Source of the DNA: Halarcobacter sp.
Lineage (GTDB): Bacteria; Campylobacterota; Campylobacteria; Campylobacterales; Arcobacteraceae
Direction of reading: 5' to 3'
DNA length: 64,000 nucleotides
Assembly: GCA_048571215.1 (NCBI GenBank)
Contig: CP182352.1
Span: 1,568,001 to 1,632,000, forward strand
In this document: positions 1 to 10,203 of the stretch, piece by piece
Layout: the number at the start of each line of letters is the position of its first letter
Position numbering within the stretch: position 1 is the stretch's first letter
Notes under the pieces: model-generated
What the model saw: only the letters and a program-made list of their open reading frames with translations
Told to the model about the DNA's origin: nothing
Database searches by the model: none
Program-made: the position numbers and the translations under genes

Positions 1-887
1 CCTTCACTTGGTGTTGTGATTAATCCTACAGCTATTACAGGGATATTTATTTGCTCTTTTATTTTTTTGGCATAAGTGCATTGATAAAGGGGTTCAAGTT
101 TTGGCATATTGTCAACTTTTTCTTGGTTTCCACCTGCTGATACATGAATAGCATCAACCCCTATTTTTTCAAGCTCTTTTGATAAGTAGATAGAATCTTC
201 TATATTCCATCCCTTGTCCATCCACTCCTCTGCACTAATTCGTACAATTAGTGGCAAATCAAGCTCTTTTTTAATCTCTTTTGCAGTTTCTAAAACAATT
301 CTACATCTATTTTTTAAACTGCCACCATATTTGTCATCCCTTTGATTTGAAATAGGAGATAAAAATTCACAAAATAAATATCCATGTGCTGCATGAAGTT
401 CTATGGCATCATATCCAACTTTTTTTGCATTAAGTGCTGTTTTTACAAACTTCTTTTTTATCTTTTCAATATCTTTTTTACTCATTGCTTTTGGGGTTTT
501 AAAAGGTTCATTTGGGCTAAAAGCTATATTAGATGGTGCGATAGGTGTTGTTTCTTTTACTGTTGCTTTTCTTCCTGCATGGGCTATTTGAACTGCAATC
601 TTAGAACCAAACTTATGACTAAGCTCTACAAGTTTTTTATGACCTTTTATTTGAGATTTTTCCCAAAGACCTAAGTCTTTATTTGAGATTCTACCTCTTG
701 GTTCTATTGCCGTTGCTTCTACTATTATTAAGCCAACTTTCCCTAAAGCCCTAGCAGTATAGTGATATTTATGAAACTTTTTAACCTTTCCACTATCATC
801 ACTTTGATACATACACATAGGTGCCATGATAATTTTATTGTCTAGTTCTAGACTTCCTATTTTAGCTTTTTGAAAAATTTGATTCAT
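1..887 (-). CDS. NADH:flavin oxidoreductase / Old Yellow Enzyme family (runs off the window edge)
   Basis: Manual translation from ATG at 887 (RBS AAGGA upstream): MNQIFQKAKIGSLELDNKIIMAPMCMYQS...ELHAAHGYLFCEFLSPISNQRDDKYGGSLKNR; missing from the ORF track because it has no stop in the window. Confidence 0.92.
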   Translation of the reverse strand, partial: MNQIFQKAKIGSLELDNKIIMAPMCMYQSDDSGKVKKFHKYHYTARALGKVGLIIVEATAIEPRGRISNKDLGLWEKSQIKGHKKLVELSHKFGSKIAVQIAHAGRKATVKETTPIAPSNIAFSPNEPFKTPKAMSKKDIEKIKKKFVKTALNAKKVGYDAIELHAAHGYLFCEFLSPISNQRDDKYGGSLKNRCRIVLETAKEIKKELDLPLIVRISAEEWMDKGWNIEDSIYLSKELEKIGVDAIHVSAGGNQEKVDNMPKLEPLYQCTYAKKIKEQINIPVIAVGLITTPSE

Positions 888-901
888 GAAATATATCCTT
901 T

Positions 902-1251
902 AAAATGTCCCATTTTAAAGGGACCTATCATTTTTGTCTTCTTTTTATCATAGGAAATAAATTCCTATTAAAAGAAGCAAAACCCTAAAGAAAGTAACGA
1001 GTTACTTTTATAAATGTCCCATTTTAAAGGGACCTATCATTTTTGTCTTCTTTTTATCATAGAAGATGAACTCCTATTAAAAGAAGCAAAATCCTAAAGA
1101 AAGCAACGAGTTACTTTTATAAATGTCCCATTTTAAAGGGACCTATCTTTTTTCTCTTCTTTTTATCATAGGAAATAAATTCCTATTAAAAGAAGTTTTG
1201 TACTTGTACTCTCTTTGAGAAAACCCTAAAGAAAGCAACAAGTTACTTTTT
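902..1251. repeat. Three tandem ~109-bp intergenic repeats, each with three hairpins
   Basis: GTCCCATTTTAAAGGGAC at 907, 1016 and 1125 (period 109); third copy has a ~20-bp insertion. Confidence 0.93.
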
Positions 1252-1881
1252 TTATTTGATAAACTCAACTACCTCTTCAAAAGGCAATCTAGCTTGTTTA
1301 GATTGAGGATTGATTCTATAGCCAAAAGGTAATACTAATGACAATCTATATTTACTTTTATCAATCTCTAAAACCTCTTCAACTTTTTCTCTATCAAAGC
1401 CTTCGATTGGACAAGAATCTATCCCTTTAACAGCTCCTGCTGTCATCATATTTCCAGCTGCTATAAATGTTTGTTTTGCAGTCCATGCAAAAATATTTTC
1501 ATCAGTGCTTAATGTTTCTTTTAAATGCCCTGCATATAAACCTAAATAAAAATCCAACTTCTCTTTTGGCATCTCTCTTCTAGCAAATCTTTTTTCTGGA
1601 ATACCTGATTCTGGTTTAACATTTTCAATTCCAGTTAAAATAATCACAAGGTGAGAACAAGTGGTAATTTGTGGCTGATCCCAACAAAAAGGTTTAAGTT
1701 TTGCTTTTAACTCTTCATTTGTTATAACTAAAAACTTCCATGCTTCCATACCAAATGAACTAGGTGATTTTCTTCCAGCCTCCAATATAAAGTGCATATC
1801 CTCATCACTTACTTTTTTAGTCTCATCAAAAATCTTACACGCATGTCTAAAATCCATTGCTTCCATAAATGTTTTTTCCAT
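1252..1881 (-). CDS. NAD(P)H-dependent nitroreductase (NfsB-like)
   Basis: RHACKIFD, SPSSFGMEAWKF, GIDSCPIEGF motifs. Confidence 0.9.
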   Translation of the reverse strand: MEKTFMEAMDFRHACKIFDETKKVSDEDMHFILEAGRKSPSSFGMEAWKFLVITNEELKAKLKPFCWDQPQITTCSHLVIILTGIENVKPESGIPEKRFARREMPKEKLDFYLGLYAGHLKETLSTDENIFAWTAKQTFIAAGNMMTAGAVKGIDSCPIEGFDREKVEEVLEIDKSKYRLSLVLPFGYRINPQSKQARLPFEEVVEFIK

Positions 1882-1934
1882 AATCTACTCCTAATATTTA
1901 TATTGATTATTTAAAGTTCTTTCTAATTTACTAT

Positions 1935-1991
1935 CTACACTTTAAATGCATCTTTAACTTTAACCATTGCCACTACTACTATATTATCCAT
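1935..1991 (-). pseudogene. N-terminal remnant of a putative quinol/antibiotic-biosynthesis monooxygenase (ABM family)
   Basis: RBS AAGGAA then MDNIVVVAMVKVKDAFKV*; resembles the first beta-strand of ABM proteins; sits in a quinone-reductase operon. Confidence 0.5.
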
Positions 1992-2003
1992 AATATTTCC
2001 TTT

Positions 2004-2753
2004 TTAATCTTTAAACACAAAACCCTGTTTTGTATAGTTTTCTTCAATTTTTCTAAAATAGATATTTTTATAATAGTTTGCAGTTTGCTCACAATATGAT
2101 TGTAAATAGTTCATATTATTATCAACTCTGAACTTTTTCATCTGCTTTTCATATAATAACACACCATCTTTTACTTTTTTGTCATCATACTTATCTTCAA
2201 AAGCAAAGCTTTCTATTGGAATTCTAGGTTTCAAAGGAGCATTTTTGGCTTCTTTTGTAGGTACTCCAATAGTAGTTCCAACAATTGGAAATGTTTTTGG
2301 TGGAAGTTTTAATAACTCAATCATTTTAGCTGGTTCGTTTCTAACAGCACCAATGGCAGTTGTACCATATCCCAATGATTCTGCACTTATTTGTATCGCA
2401 TTTAACATAATTCCAGCATCAACTGCACCCACAAGTACACCCTCAGCTGATTTATCAATTTGGTGTTCTTCTCCTGCTTGTTCTACTGCAAATATAGTTC
2501 TATTGAAATCTACACAAATAGCTATAAATACTTCAGCAGTTGCAACTTGTTGTTGTCCACCACAAAGTTCAGCTATTTGTTTTATCTTATCTTTATCTCT
2601 TATATATACTAAAGATATTTGTTGTCCATTTATAGAAGTTGGACATCTTTGTGCTGTTTTTATAATGAGTTCAAGGTCTTCTTGGCTGACACTTTCACCT
2701 GTAAATTGTCTTATAGACTTTCTACTACTTAATTGTTTTATAATCTCATTCAT
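2004..2753 (-). CDS. NADPH-dependent nitro/flavin reductase (NfsA/Frp-like)
   Basis: RKSIRQF, PTSINGQ, VGAVDAGI, AESLGYG, KPRIP motifs. Confidence 0.9.
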   Translation of the reverse strand: MNEIIKQLSSRKSIRQFTGESVSQEDLELIIKTAQRCPTSINGQQISLVYIRDKDKIKQIAELCGGQQQVATAEVFIAICVDFNRTIFAVEQAGEEHQIDKSAEGVLVGAVDAGIMLNAIQISAESLGYGTTAIGAVRNEPAKMIELLKLPPKTFPIVGTTIGVPTKEAKNAPLKPRIPIESFAFEDKYDDKKVKDGVLLYEKQMKKFRVDNNMNYLQSYCEQTANYYKNIYFRKIEENYTKQGFVFKD

Positions 2754-2765
2754 AAATTATCCTTT

Positions 2766-3944
2766 TTAATTTGTTTGTGATACTACAACTTTATTATTTA
2801 TCTTATATCCAATAAAAATCAAAAATAAAGATAAAAATACAACCCCTGATGAAAATAAAATAGTTTGAACTAATCCCATATTTGTAACTATTGCTCCACC
2901 TAAAAAAGAAAATAAGGAAATACCAATATTAAAAGCAGAGATATTAAATCCTGATGCTACATCAACTGCATGGGGTTCATTTATTTTAGCTAATTTTACA
3001 ACATTAGCTTGTAATGCAGGAGTACTTCCAAAAGCAAAAATTCCCCATAAGATTATAACAACTATTGTTAAATATTTATTCTCTACAAAGAAATTAAAAA
3101 ATAATAAAACTATACTCAAAGAAAGATATGCTACAAACAATACCTTATTTACTCCAAATATGTCAGCAACTTTGCCACCAACAAAGTTTCCAACTACTGT
3201 TGAGAGACCAAATATCAATAGTATTATAGAGATAAGACTAGGTGAAAATTTTGTAATATCTTGCAAGATAGGTACAAGAAAAGTAAAAGCAATAAAAGCT
3301 CCACCAAAACCAAATATTGTGATTAGATATGCAACAAGAAGTTTAGGATTTCCTAATATTTTTAATTGTTTAAAAAAGTTTGAAGGGCTTATTACTCTTA
3401 CTTCTTTTGGTATAAGAAAAGCAATACCTATAAATGCTAAAGTACCTAAGATTGATATCAACATAAAAGTATCTCTCCAACCAAAATTTTGTCCAATATA
3501 AGTTCCTAGTGGAACTCCTGTCACCATAGCAATTGTTAAGCCTCCAAACATCATAGAAATTGCACTTGCTTCTTTCTCTTTTGGAACTAAACTTGTTGCT
3601 ATTGTTGCACCAATTGAAAAAAACAAACCATGGGTTAATCCTGTAACAATTCTTGCAAATATTAGAGTTAAAAAATTTGGAGCAAAAGTAGCAACAACAT
3701 GACCTAAAGAAAATATAACCATAGCACAAATCAATATATATTTTTTATTATATTTACTTGTAAGTGCTGTTAAAATAGGAGCACCTATGGCAACTCCTAA
3801 AGCATACATTGTTACTAAAAGACCAGTTGAAGGAACAGAGATATTTAAATCACTAGAAATTGTTGGAACTAATCCTACTGTAACAAACTCTGTAGTTCCT
3901 ATAGCAAAGGCACTTAAAGTTAAAGCAAATAAAGCTATTGGCAT
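2766..3944 (-). CDS. MFS transporter (DHA1/AraJ-like)
   Basis: AFAIGTTEF N-terminus, ~12 hydrophobic segments, GVPLGT motif. Confidence 0.9.
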   Translation of the reverse strand: MPIALFALTLSAFAIGTTEFVTVGLVPTISSDLNISVPSTGLLVTMYALGVAIGAPILTALTSKYNKKYILICAMVIFSLGHVVATFAPNFLTLIFARIVTGLTHGLFFSIGATIATSLVPKEKEASAISMMFGGLTIAMVTGVPLGTYIGQNFGWRDTFMLISILGTLAFIGIAFLIPKEVRVISPSNFFKQLKILGNPKLLVAYLITIFGFGGAFIAFTFLVPILQDITKFSPSLISIILLIFGLSTVVGNFVGGKVADIFGVNKVLFVAYLSLSIVLLFFNFFVENKYLTIVVIILWGIFAFGSTPALQANVVKLAKINEPHAVDVASGFNISAFNIGISLFSFLGGAIVTNMGLVQTILFSSGVVFLSLFLIFIGYKINNKVVVSQTN

Positions 3945-3959
3945 ATTTTCCCTTTTATT

Positions 3960-4541
3960 TTATAAAAAATTCTTAGCTAAAACTTTTTCAAATTTATCTA
4001 ACTCTTCTTTTAAATTTAAATCACCTTTGAAGATATCATGCATTGCATAAGTCTCAAGGGGTTCTAAGCCACAAAATTGGAAGGTTTTATGAACTGCAAC
4101 ATGAGCTTGGTCTAAAGACATTCCATCAAATAGGCTGTTTTTATTATTAAAAGCAGACTCAGGACAATTATATGTTAAAGATAACATATATTTTTTGCCT
4201 TTCATTAAGCCACCACTTCCATATAATTTTGAAGCATCATCTCTACTTCTTCCATCACTTGCAAAGTGTCGTCCTTGTGTAAATGTTTCATCTATATATT
4301 TTTTTGCTATCCAAGGAAGACCCATCCAATAAACTGGATATTGAAATAAAATATAATCAGCCCATTCAAACTTTTCTATCTCTTCTTCTTTCTCATAACC
4401 TTTTTCAATATGTGTTTGTTTTACTTCAAATCCATTTTTAGTAAAAAACTCATTTGCTTTATCTATAATATTTTGTGTTAACTCACCCTTTGCAACCACA
4501 TCATAATATTGATGACCATTTAAAATCAGAACTTTTTTCAT
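3960..4541 (-). CDS. mdaB: Flavodoxin-fold NAD(P)H:quinone oxidoreductase (MdaB-like)
   Basis: QYPVYWMGLPWIAKKYIDE and SDGRSR..YGSGGLMKGKKYMLSLT motifs typical of MdaB. Confidence 0.85.
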   Translation of the reverse strand: MKKVLILNGHQYYDVVAKGELTQNIIDKANEFFTKNGFEVKQTHIEKGYEKEEEIEKFEWADYILFQYPVYWMGLPWIAKKYIDETFTQGRHFASDGRSRDDASKLYGSGGLMKGKKYMLSLTYNCPESAFNNKNSLFDGMSLDQAHVAVHKTFQFCGLEPLETYAMHDIFKGDLNLKEELDKFEKVLAKNFL

Positions 4542-5455
4542 AAAATCTCCTTTTGATTTAATTTAACTCTTTGAAATGAATACTTTGTATTAAACAATAC
4601 TACAGCTACAAAAGCTAACAAACATCCAATTACAGTTGATAACATAATATTTTCACCATATACAAAATAACTTGAAACAATAGCACCTATAGGAACTATA
4701 AACATAAAGACACCTGTTTGATGAGCTCCAATTTTGCTAGCAGAAATAAAAAATATAGTCATACTAAAGGTACCTGAAAATAAACCTATAAAAAGGATAT
4801 TCCACCAAAATACTGTATCTAAACTACTAACTTCAAAAGGATGATAAGGCATTGCAAGAAATAGATTTACTATACTTGTTACACCAAATACAACCAAAGT
4901 ATACAACATAGGGTTTGCTCTTTTTGAAGATTTTTGTGCAAAAATTGTAACTACAGACCAAACTAATGCACACTCTAAAAAATATGAACTATTTAGGTTA
5001 AGAAAAGATAATCCATCCATTGGAACCCTTAATAATATCAAAGCACCAAAGATCCCTACACCTAAAGCTATAACTTGTTTTTTATTAACTTTTGTTCCTA
5101 AAACAGCAATAGATAATAAATAAGTCAAAATTGGTACAATTGCAGTAACCATAGTACCACCATATCCCGCATCACCATGAGATAAGCCTAAAAAAAATAA
5201 AAGATTAAATAAAGCACTTAATAATCCAGCTAAAACCATATAAAGCAAACCAATTTTATCTGTTTTTAATGGAATTTTCATGTAAATTATTACTGGAATA
5301 ATAGATATAAAAGATATAGCATATCGCCAAAATGCTGCCACTTCGGCACTTGAATGTTCCATTACTATTTTTCCTGAAGTCCAAGCAATACCCCAAAAAA
5401 TCATAGCAACAATCATCCCTATAAAATATTTTGTTTTATTTTCTGTTCTAGTCAT
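4538..5455 (-). CDS. DMT/EamA family transporter
   Basis: ~10 TM segments, two EamA halves. Confidence 0.85.
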   Translation of the reverse strand: MTRTENKTKYFIGMIVAMIFWGIAWTSGKIVMEHSSAEVAAFWRYAISFISIIPVIIYMKIPLKTDKIGLLYMVLAGLLSALFNLLFFLGLSHGDAGYGGTMVTAIVPILTYLLSIAVLGTKVNKKQVIALGVGIFGALILLRVPMDGLSFLNLNSSYFLECALVWSVVTIFAQKSSKRANPMLYTLVVFGVTSIVNLFLAMPYHPFEVSSLDTVFWWNILFIGLFSGTFSMTIFFISASKIGAHQTGVFMFIVPIGAIVSSYFVYGENIMLSTVIGCLLAFVAVVLFNTKYSFQRVKLNQKEIL

Positions 5456-5515
5456 ATAATTCCTTAATCTTGACGAAATGCTAATAGAATTATAAACTAA
5501 TAAACTTAATTTTCC

Positions 5516-5537
5516 CTTACTTTACTTTAGGTAAGTA
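5516..5537. promoter_or_regulatory. Possible HxlR-family operator in divergent promoter
   Basis: CTTACTTTAC-TTTAG-GTAAGTA near-palindrome between the DMT operon and hxlR-like gene. Confidence 0.4.
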
Positions 5538-5587
5538 TAGGAAATTTATCTTTATTATGATATAATTCGATTATTAAAGGATTTATT

Positions 5588-5962
5588 ATGTATTATATAA
5601 ATGATAAAGAGTATAAATGTTCCGTATCTGTAACCTTAGATGTATTCAATGATAGATGGAAATTAGCAATTATTTGGCATCTACTAGATGGTAATAAAAG
5701 ATTTGGTGAACTACACGATACTATAAGTGAAATCACTCAAAAAACCTTAACAGTAAAATTAAAAGAGTTAGAAGAAAAAAATATTATAAACAGAGAAGTA
5801 TTTCCAGAAGTTCCTCCCAAAGTTGTTTATTCCCTAACTCCTGTAGGAGAAAAACTTAAAGCTGTTCTTGAAGAGATGTACAAATGGGGTATCTTATATA
5901 CTACAAGCCATGGTAAAGTTACCAAAGAAAATTCTTGTGATGTAAATATTAGCGAGAATTAA
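5588..5962 (+). CDS. HxlR/MarR-DUF24 family redox-sensing regulator
   Basis: N-terminal Cys (YKCSV), RWKLAII, RFGEL, VPPKVVYSLT. Confidence 0.9.
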   Translation: MYYINDKEYKCSVSVTLDVFNDRWKLAIIWHLLDGNKRFGELHDTISEITQKTLTVKLKELEEKNIINREVFPEVPPKVVYSLTPVGEKLKAVLEEMYKWGILYTTSHGKVTKENSCDVNISEN

Positions 5963-6858
5963 TGGAAAACTTTATTCTTATACTTTTAGCCATCGCTTTA
6001 GGTTATGGGGTAAATAGATTAAAAATTTTTTCAAAAGATGCTGCAACTACCCTAAACCAGTTTGTAATTTATATCTCACTTCCTGCAATGATTTTATTGC
6101 AAATACCAAAGTTATCCTTTTCTATGGATATGTTAATTCCTATAATCATAGCTTGGAGTGTTATGGCTATAACTGCCATACTTACATTTTATATATCAAA
6201 ACTTTTAGATTTTTCAAAAGAGGTTACAGGATGTTTGATGTTGGTTACTATTTTAACCAACTCTTCATTTTTAGGTATTCCTATACTAAATGCATATATG
6301 GGAGAAGAGGCTTTACCCTATGTTATTGTATATGACCAATTAGGAACTTTTATAGCCTTGGCTACTTATGGTACATTTATAGCTTCATATTATTCAAGTA
6401 AAAGTGAACTAAGTTTTAAAATTATTGTTTATAAAGTTCTTACTTTTCCACCTTTTCTTTCTCTAGTGGTAGCACTATTTTTAATGGGTGTTGAATTTAA
6501 TGAAGTTATCACAAAAGTACTAGCATCTTTAGCAAGTACCATTGTACCTGTTGCTTTAGTAGCAGTTGGTTTACAACTAAAATTAAAACTTGCAAAAGAG
6601 GAGATAAAACCCTTTGCTGTATCTTTAGGTATAAAACTTATACTTGCTCCAGCGATTGCATTTTTAATATGCTTTTTATTCTCTTGGGATAATAAAGTTG
6701 CAACTATATCTATAATGGAAGCGGGAATGGCACCAATGATAACAGCAGGTGCAATTGCATCTATGGCGGGACTTGCACCAAGACTTAGCTCTGCAATTGT
6801 TGGATATGGAATATTGATTTCATTTTTTACAACTTTTGTATTGTTTAATCTTTTATAA
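5962..6858 (+). CDS. AEC (auxin efflux carrier) family transporter
   Basis: LNQFVIYISLPA, NSSFLGIP, multi-TM. Confidence 0.85.
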   Translation: MENFILILLAIALGYGVNRLKIFSKDAATTLNQFVIYISLPAMILLQIPKLSFSMDMLIPIIIAWSVMAITAILTFYISKLLDFSKEVTGCLMLVTILTNSSFLGIPILNAYMGEEALPYVIVYDQLGTFIALATYGTFIASYYSSKSELSFKIIVYKVLTFPPFLSLVVALFLMGVEFNEVITKVLASLASTIVPVALVAVGLQLKLKLAKEEIKPFAVSLGIKLILAPAIAFLICFLFSWDNKVATISIMEAGMAPMITAGAIASMAGLAPRLSSAIVGYGILISFFTTFVLFNLL

Positions 6859-8006
6859 TGAAAAATACTAAAGAGTTTTATAAAAATCTTAATACTATAA
6901 AAGATTTTTCCCAAATCACACAAGAAAATCTTTATAAAAAACTCCCTAGTGATTGGTATATTTTAGTTAGTGACATAAAAAACTCAACAGTAGCAATTGA
7001 AAATGGGATGTACAAACAAATAAATTTTGTAGCCTCACTTGTAATAATAGGTATAGTAAACTTGGAAAAAAACTTGGAGTTGCCTTTTATCTTTGGTGGT
7101 GATGGAGCTAGTGTTTTAATACCCAAATATCTACTTGAAAAATCAAAACAAGTCCTACTAGAAGCTAAAGAAAAAGCAAAAGAGAACTTTGGATTAGAAC
7201 TTAGAGTTGGAATAGTTCCCCTTAATGAAATAGAACAAAAAGGCAAATCAATATATGTAGCTAAATACTCTATCTCAAAAGATCACAGCCAAGCTATAGT
7301 AAGAGGTGAAGGTCTAAGCTTAGCTGAAGAGTTACTAAAAAATGAAGAAGAAAAATATAGTATAAAAGAGAGCTTGATAAACAATAATTTTGCTAATTTT
7401 AGTGGACTTGAATGTAGATGGCAAGATATACCCTCACCAAAAGATGAAACCTTATCTTTATTGGTAAAGGTTATAAATAAAGAGAATAGTTCACAAATAT
7501 ATAAAGAGTTAATATCAAAAATAGAACAAATAGCAGGAGCTTCAACACAAAGACATCCAATCAAATCTATTGATAACCTAAACCTATCTTTTAATCCTAT
7601 GTATCTAAATGCAGAAGCTTCTACTTTCTCATCAAATATATTTTCAAAGAGTTTTGTATTTTTAAAAATATTTGTAGAAAATATTTTAGGTTTATTTCTT
7701 ATGAATAAAAAAACATCCCAATGGGCTGATTACAAAAATAGAATTTTAAGAACAACAGATACAGAAAAATTTGATGATATGCTTAGGATGATTATAAGTA
7801 CTAATAAAACTCAAACAAAAGAGTTATTAGAGTATTTTGAAACAAAATTTAAAAACAAAGAGATAATTTATGGAGTTCATATCTCAAACTCTGCACTTAT
7901 GACTTGTTTGATATTTGAACGACATGGAAAACATATCCACTTTGTAGATGGTTCAAATGGTGGTTATGCATATGCTTCAAAGCATATGAAATCAAAAACA
8001 ATATAA
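6858..8006 (+). CDS. DUF3095-like protein
   Basis: SDIKNSTVAIENG, FIFGGDGAS, FSGLECRW, HIHFVDGSNGGYA motifs. Confidence 0.75.
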   Translation: MKNTKEFYKNLNTIKDFSQITQENLYKKLPSDWYILVSDIKNSTVAIENGMYKQINFVASLVIIGIVNLEKNLELPFIFGGDGASVLIPKYLLEKSKQVLLEAKEKAKENFGLELRVGIVPLNEIEQKGKSIYVAKYSISKDHSQAIVRGEGLSLAEELLKNEEEKYSIKESLINNNFANFSGLECRWQDIPSPKDETLSLLVKVINKENSSQIYKELISKIEQIAGASTQRHPIKSIDNLNLSFNPMYLNAEASTFSSNIFSKSFVFLKIFVENILGLFLMNKKTSQWADYKNRILRTTDTEKFDDMLRMIISTNKTQTKELLEYFETKFKNKEIIYGVHISNSALMTCLIFERHGKHIHFVDGSNGGYAYASKHMKSKTI

Positions 8007-8067
8007 TTGGTTTATTTTCCATTAATCTATTTAAAGTAAAATTACAAAAAAATTATTAGGAACAATT

Positions 8068-8793
8068 ATGATGAAACTATTAAAAACTTCACTTTTAGGG
8101 CTTGCTTTAGTATCAACTTTAAGTGCAAATGAAAATCTATCAACTAAACAAATTGATGAAATTCAAAATTTACAACTATTTAAAATGGCACATGTAAAAG
8201 TAAATAAAGGTGTAGATGTAGGTTCTGTTTATATGTTAAGTGTGACAGTAAAAGGTAAAGGTGATCAAATATACTTAACAAAAGATAAAAAATATCTAAT
8301 CCCAGGTGATATAATAAATACAAAGACTGGTCAACCACTTATCCTACCAGTTGATTTAAAACCAACACTAGGAAAAGAAACTTTCACTTATGGTACAGGG
8401 AAAGATGAATATGTACTTTTTACAGATCCTGAATGTCCATATTGTAAAAAATTTGAATCTTTTTTACCACAAATTAAAGATAAAGTAAAAATTAGAGTTT
8501 TCTATTTCCCTTTAAGTTTTCATAAAAATGCAGAAGATATCGCTATATATATCTTAAGTCAAAAAACAAATAAAGCTAAAGTAGCAGCTATGGAGACCAC
8601 AAAAGATACTCCTGCATTTAAAAATAGAAAATATGAAAAAACTGAACTAGAGAAGTTAGAAAAACAATTAAATGAACAAATTGCTTTAGGAACTTCACTA
8701 GGTGTTAGTGGAACACCTACAATCTTTGATAAAGATGGGAATAAAGTACAATGGCCAAAAATGCTTCAAAAATATGGAGTAATTCTAAAATAG
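8068..8793 (+). CDS. DsbC/DsbG-type periplasmic thiol:disulfide isomerase
   Basis: Signal peptide, FTDPECPYC, GVSGTPT cis-Pro loop. Confidence 0.88.
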   Translation: MMKLLKTSLLGLALVSTLSANENLSTKQIDEIQNLQLFKMAHVKVNKGVDVGSVYMLSVTVKGKGDQIYLTKDKKYLIPGDIINTKTGQPLILPVDLKPTLGKETFTYGTGKDEYVLFTDPECPYCKKFESFLPQIKDKVKIRVFYFPLSFHKNAEDIAIYILSQKTNKAKVAAMETTKDTPAFKNRKYEKTELEKLEKQLNEQIALGTSLGVSGTPTIFDKDGNKVQWPKMLQKYGVILK

Positions 8794-8807
8794 ATTGTGT
8801 AAACAAT

Positions 8808-9647
8808 CTATTTTAATAAGCTTGAAATCTCTTCAATCTCTTTAATACTTAATTCAAAACTATCTAATAGTAAGTCCTCATTCATATGAGTTTTAGAAGT
8901 GGTACCATTCAATGGTACTACTCCTATTTGATTTAAAAACTTATAAAAAACAACCGCTACACTTTTATCATATTTTGATGCTAAGTAGTTTACAAATTTA
9001 TTTGATAATATATGTGGGTTTGCAGTGAGAGACCAAAAACTCTCATATATTATCCCTTTATCTTTACACCAAGCTCTAATCTCTTTGTCATAAGAGCTTT
9101 GGGCATAAAATCTATTTTGTACAATAGATGGCTTAGTATCTACATTTTTATATAAATATTCTAAAACATCCAAATCATAACAATTACTAATACCCAACTG
9201 TCCCACTTCTTTGTTTTTATAAAAACTACTCATAACTTCCCAAGCTTTTAAAAGTTTAGCTCCTGGAAATATTGGTGAGTGTAAAATATAAGAATCTATA
9301 TAATCAAGTTTTAGATTCTTTTTAGAAGTTTCAAAAGACTTTTTTATCTGAACCTCTAAAGAGTCTTCTGCAAGATAGGGCATGTTATTTATATCTTGTC
9401 CATCTATAGGAGTAAATTTTGTTTGAATATATATCTCCTCCCTTTTAAGTCCTTCATTAAAAGCTTTTGCTATCCCCTCACCCACTAAATCCTCTTGATA
9501 ATGTTTTGGTTGACAAGCTGTATCTATCCCTTTAAAGCCAGTTTTTAAAGCCTCATAAACAAAATCTGCTGTTTGCTGTTTTTTCCAAGCAGTTCCATAA
9601 ATCATATTTGGTATTTTAATATTTTGATTTGATAAAAAATAGTTCAT
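8808..9647 (-). CDS. Aldo/keto reductase
   Basis: YGTAWK, GIDTACQPKHY, IQTKF, YILHSP, LGISN motifs. Confidence 0.88.
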   Translation of the reverse strand: MNYFLSNQNIKIPNMIYGTAWKKQQTADFVYEALKTGFKGIDTACQPKHYQEDLVGEGIAKAFNEGLKREEIYIQTKFTPIDGQDINNMPYLAEDSLEVQIKKSFETSKKNLKLDYIDSYILHSPIFPGAKLLKAWEVMSSFYKNKEVGQLGISNCYDLDVLEYLYKNVDTKPSIVQNRFYAQSSYDKEIRAWCKDKGIIYESFWSLTANPHILSNKFVNYLASKYDKSVAVVFYKFLNQIGVVPLNGTTSKTHMNEDLLLDSFELSIKEIEEISSLLK

Positions 9648-9780
9648 AAATAAATCCTTCGTATTTTTTATTATACTAAAGCAAAAATTCTAATTCTAGC
9701 TTATAAATGTCTATTATATAAACATCCTTTTGTAAGATTAAATTTTAAAACACTATATAATTTCAATAAAAAGAGCAAAA

Positions 9781-9999
9781 ATGGCAAAAGAGTTCAACCC
9801 AGATGATTTTTTTAGTGTAAAAACAGTAGAAGAAATCGTACCAAAATTTAAGCACCTATATAATCAAAACTACCAAGAACTAAGTTTAAATGAAGAACTA
9901 GTAAAACTAAACTACGAAATCACTTCACCTGAGTACAAAGACAAAAGCTTTGCAAAGTTAGAAGAGTATTTTAAATATGAAGTTGATACGATAGTCTAA
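9781..9999 (+). CDS. Small acidic hypothetical protein
   Basis: 72-aa ORF, host-like codon use, upstream GAG RBS-like site. Confidence 0.6.
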   Translation: MAKEFNPDDFFSVKTVEEIVPKFKHLYNQNYQELSLNEELVKLNYEITSPEYKDKSFAKLEEYFKYEVDTIV

Positions 10000-10203
10000 A
10001 ATGTTAAAAATTTTAATCCTATTGATTCTTTTGTAGATATAAATTAATCTGTTTGAAAACATACTGTTTTCCTACATAATAATTATAAAAATATTATATC
10101 ACATAAGTTGGTTTTGTTAAAATTTAATTTTTACTTATAAAATTCGGCTCAATGCAAATAAAAAACCATCAAAAATTGCTTATAATTGAATAATAACGAT
10201 AAT

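Noticed and set aside
384..674. Plus-strand ORFs 384-674 and 403-591
   Set aside because: Antisense shadows of the OYE gene
902..1251. Second CRISPR array or a known riboswitch
   Set aside because: Units are nearly identical along their length with no unique spacers; I recognise no riboswitch consensus
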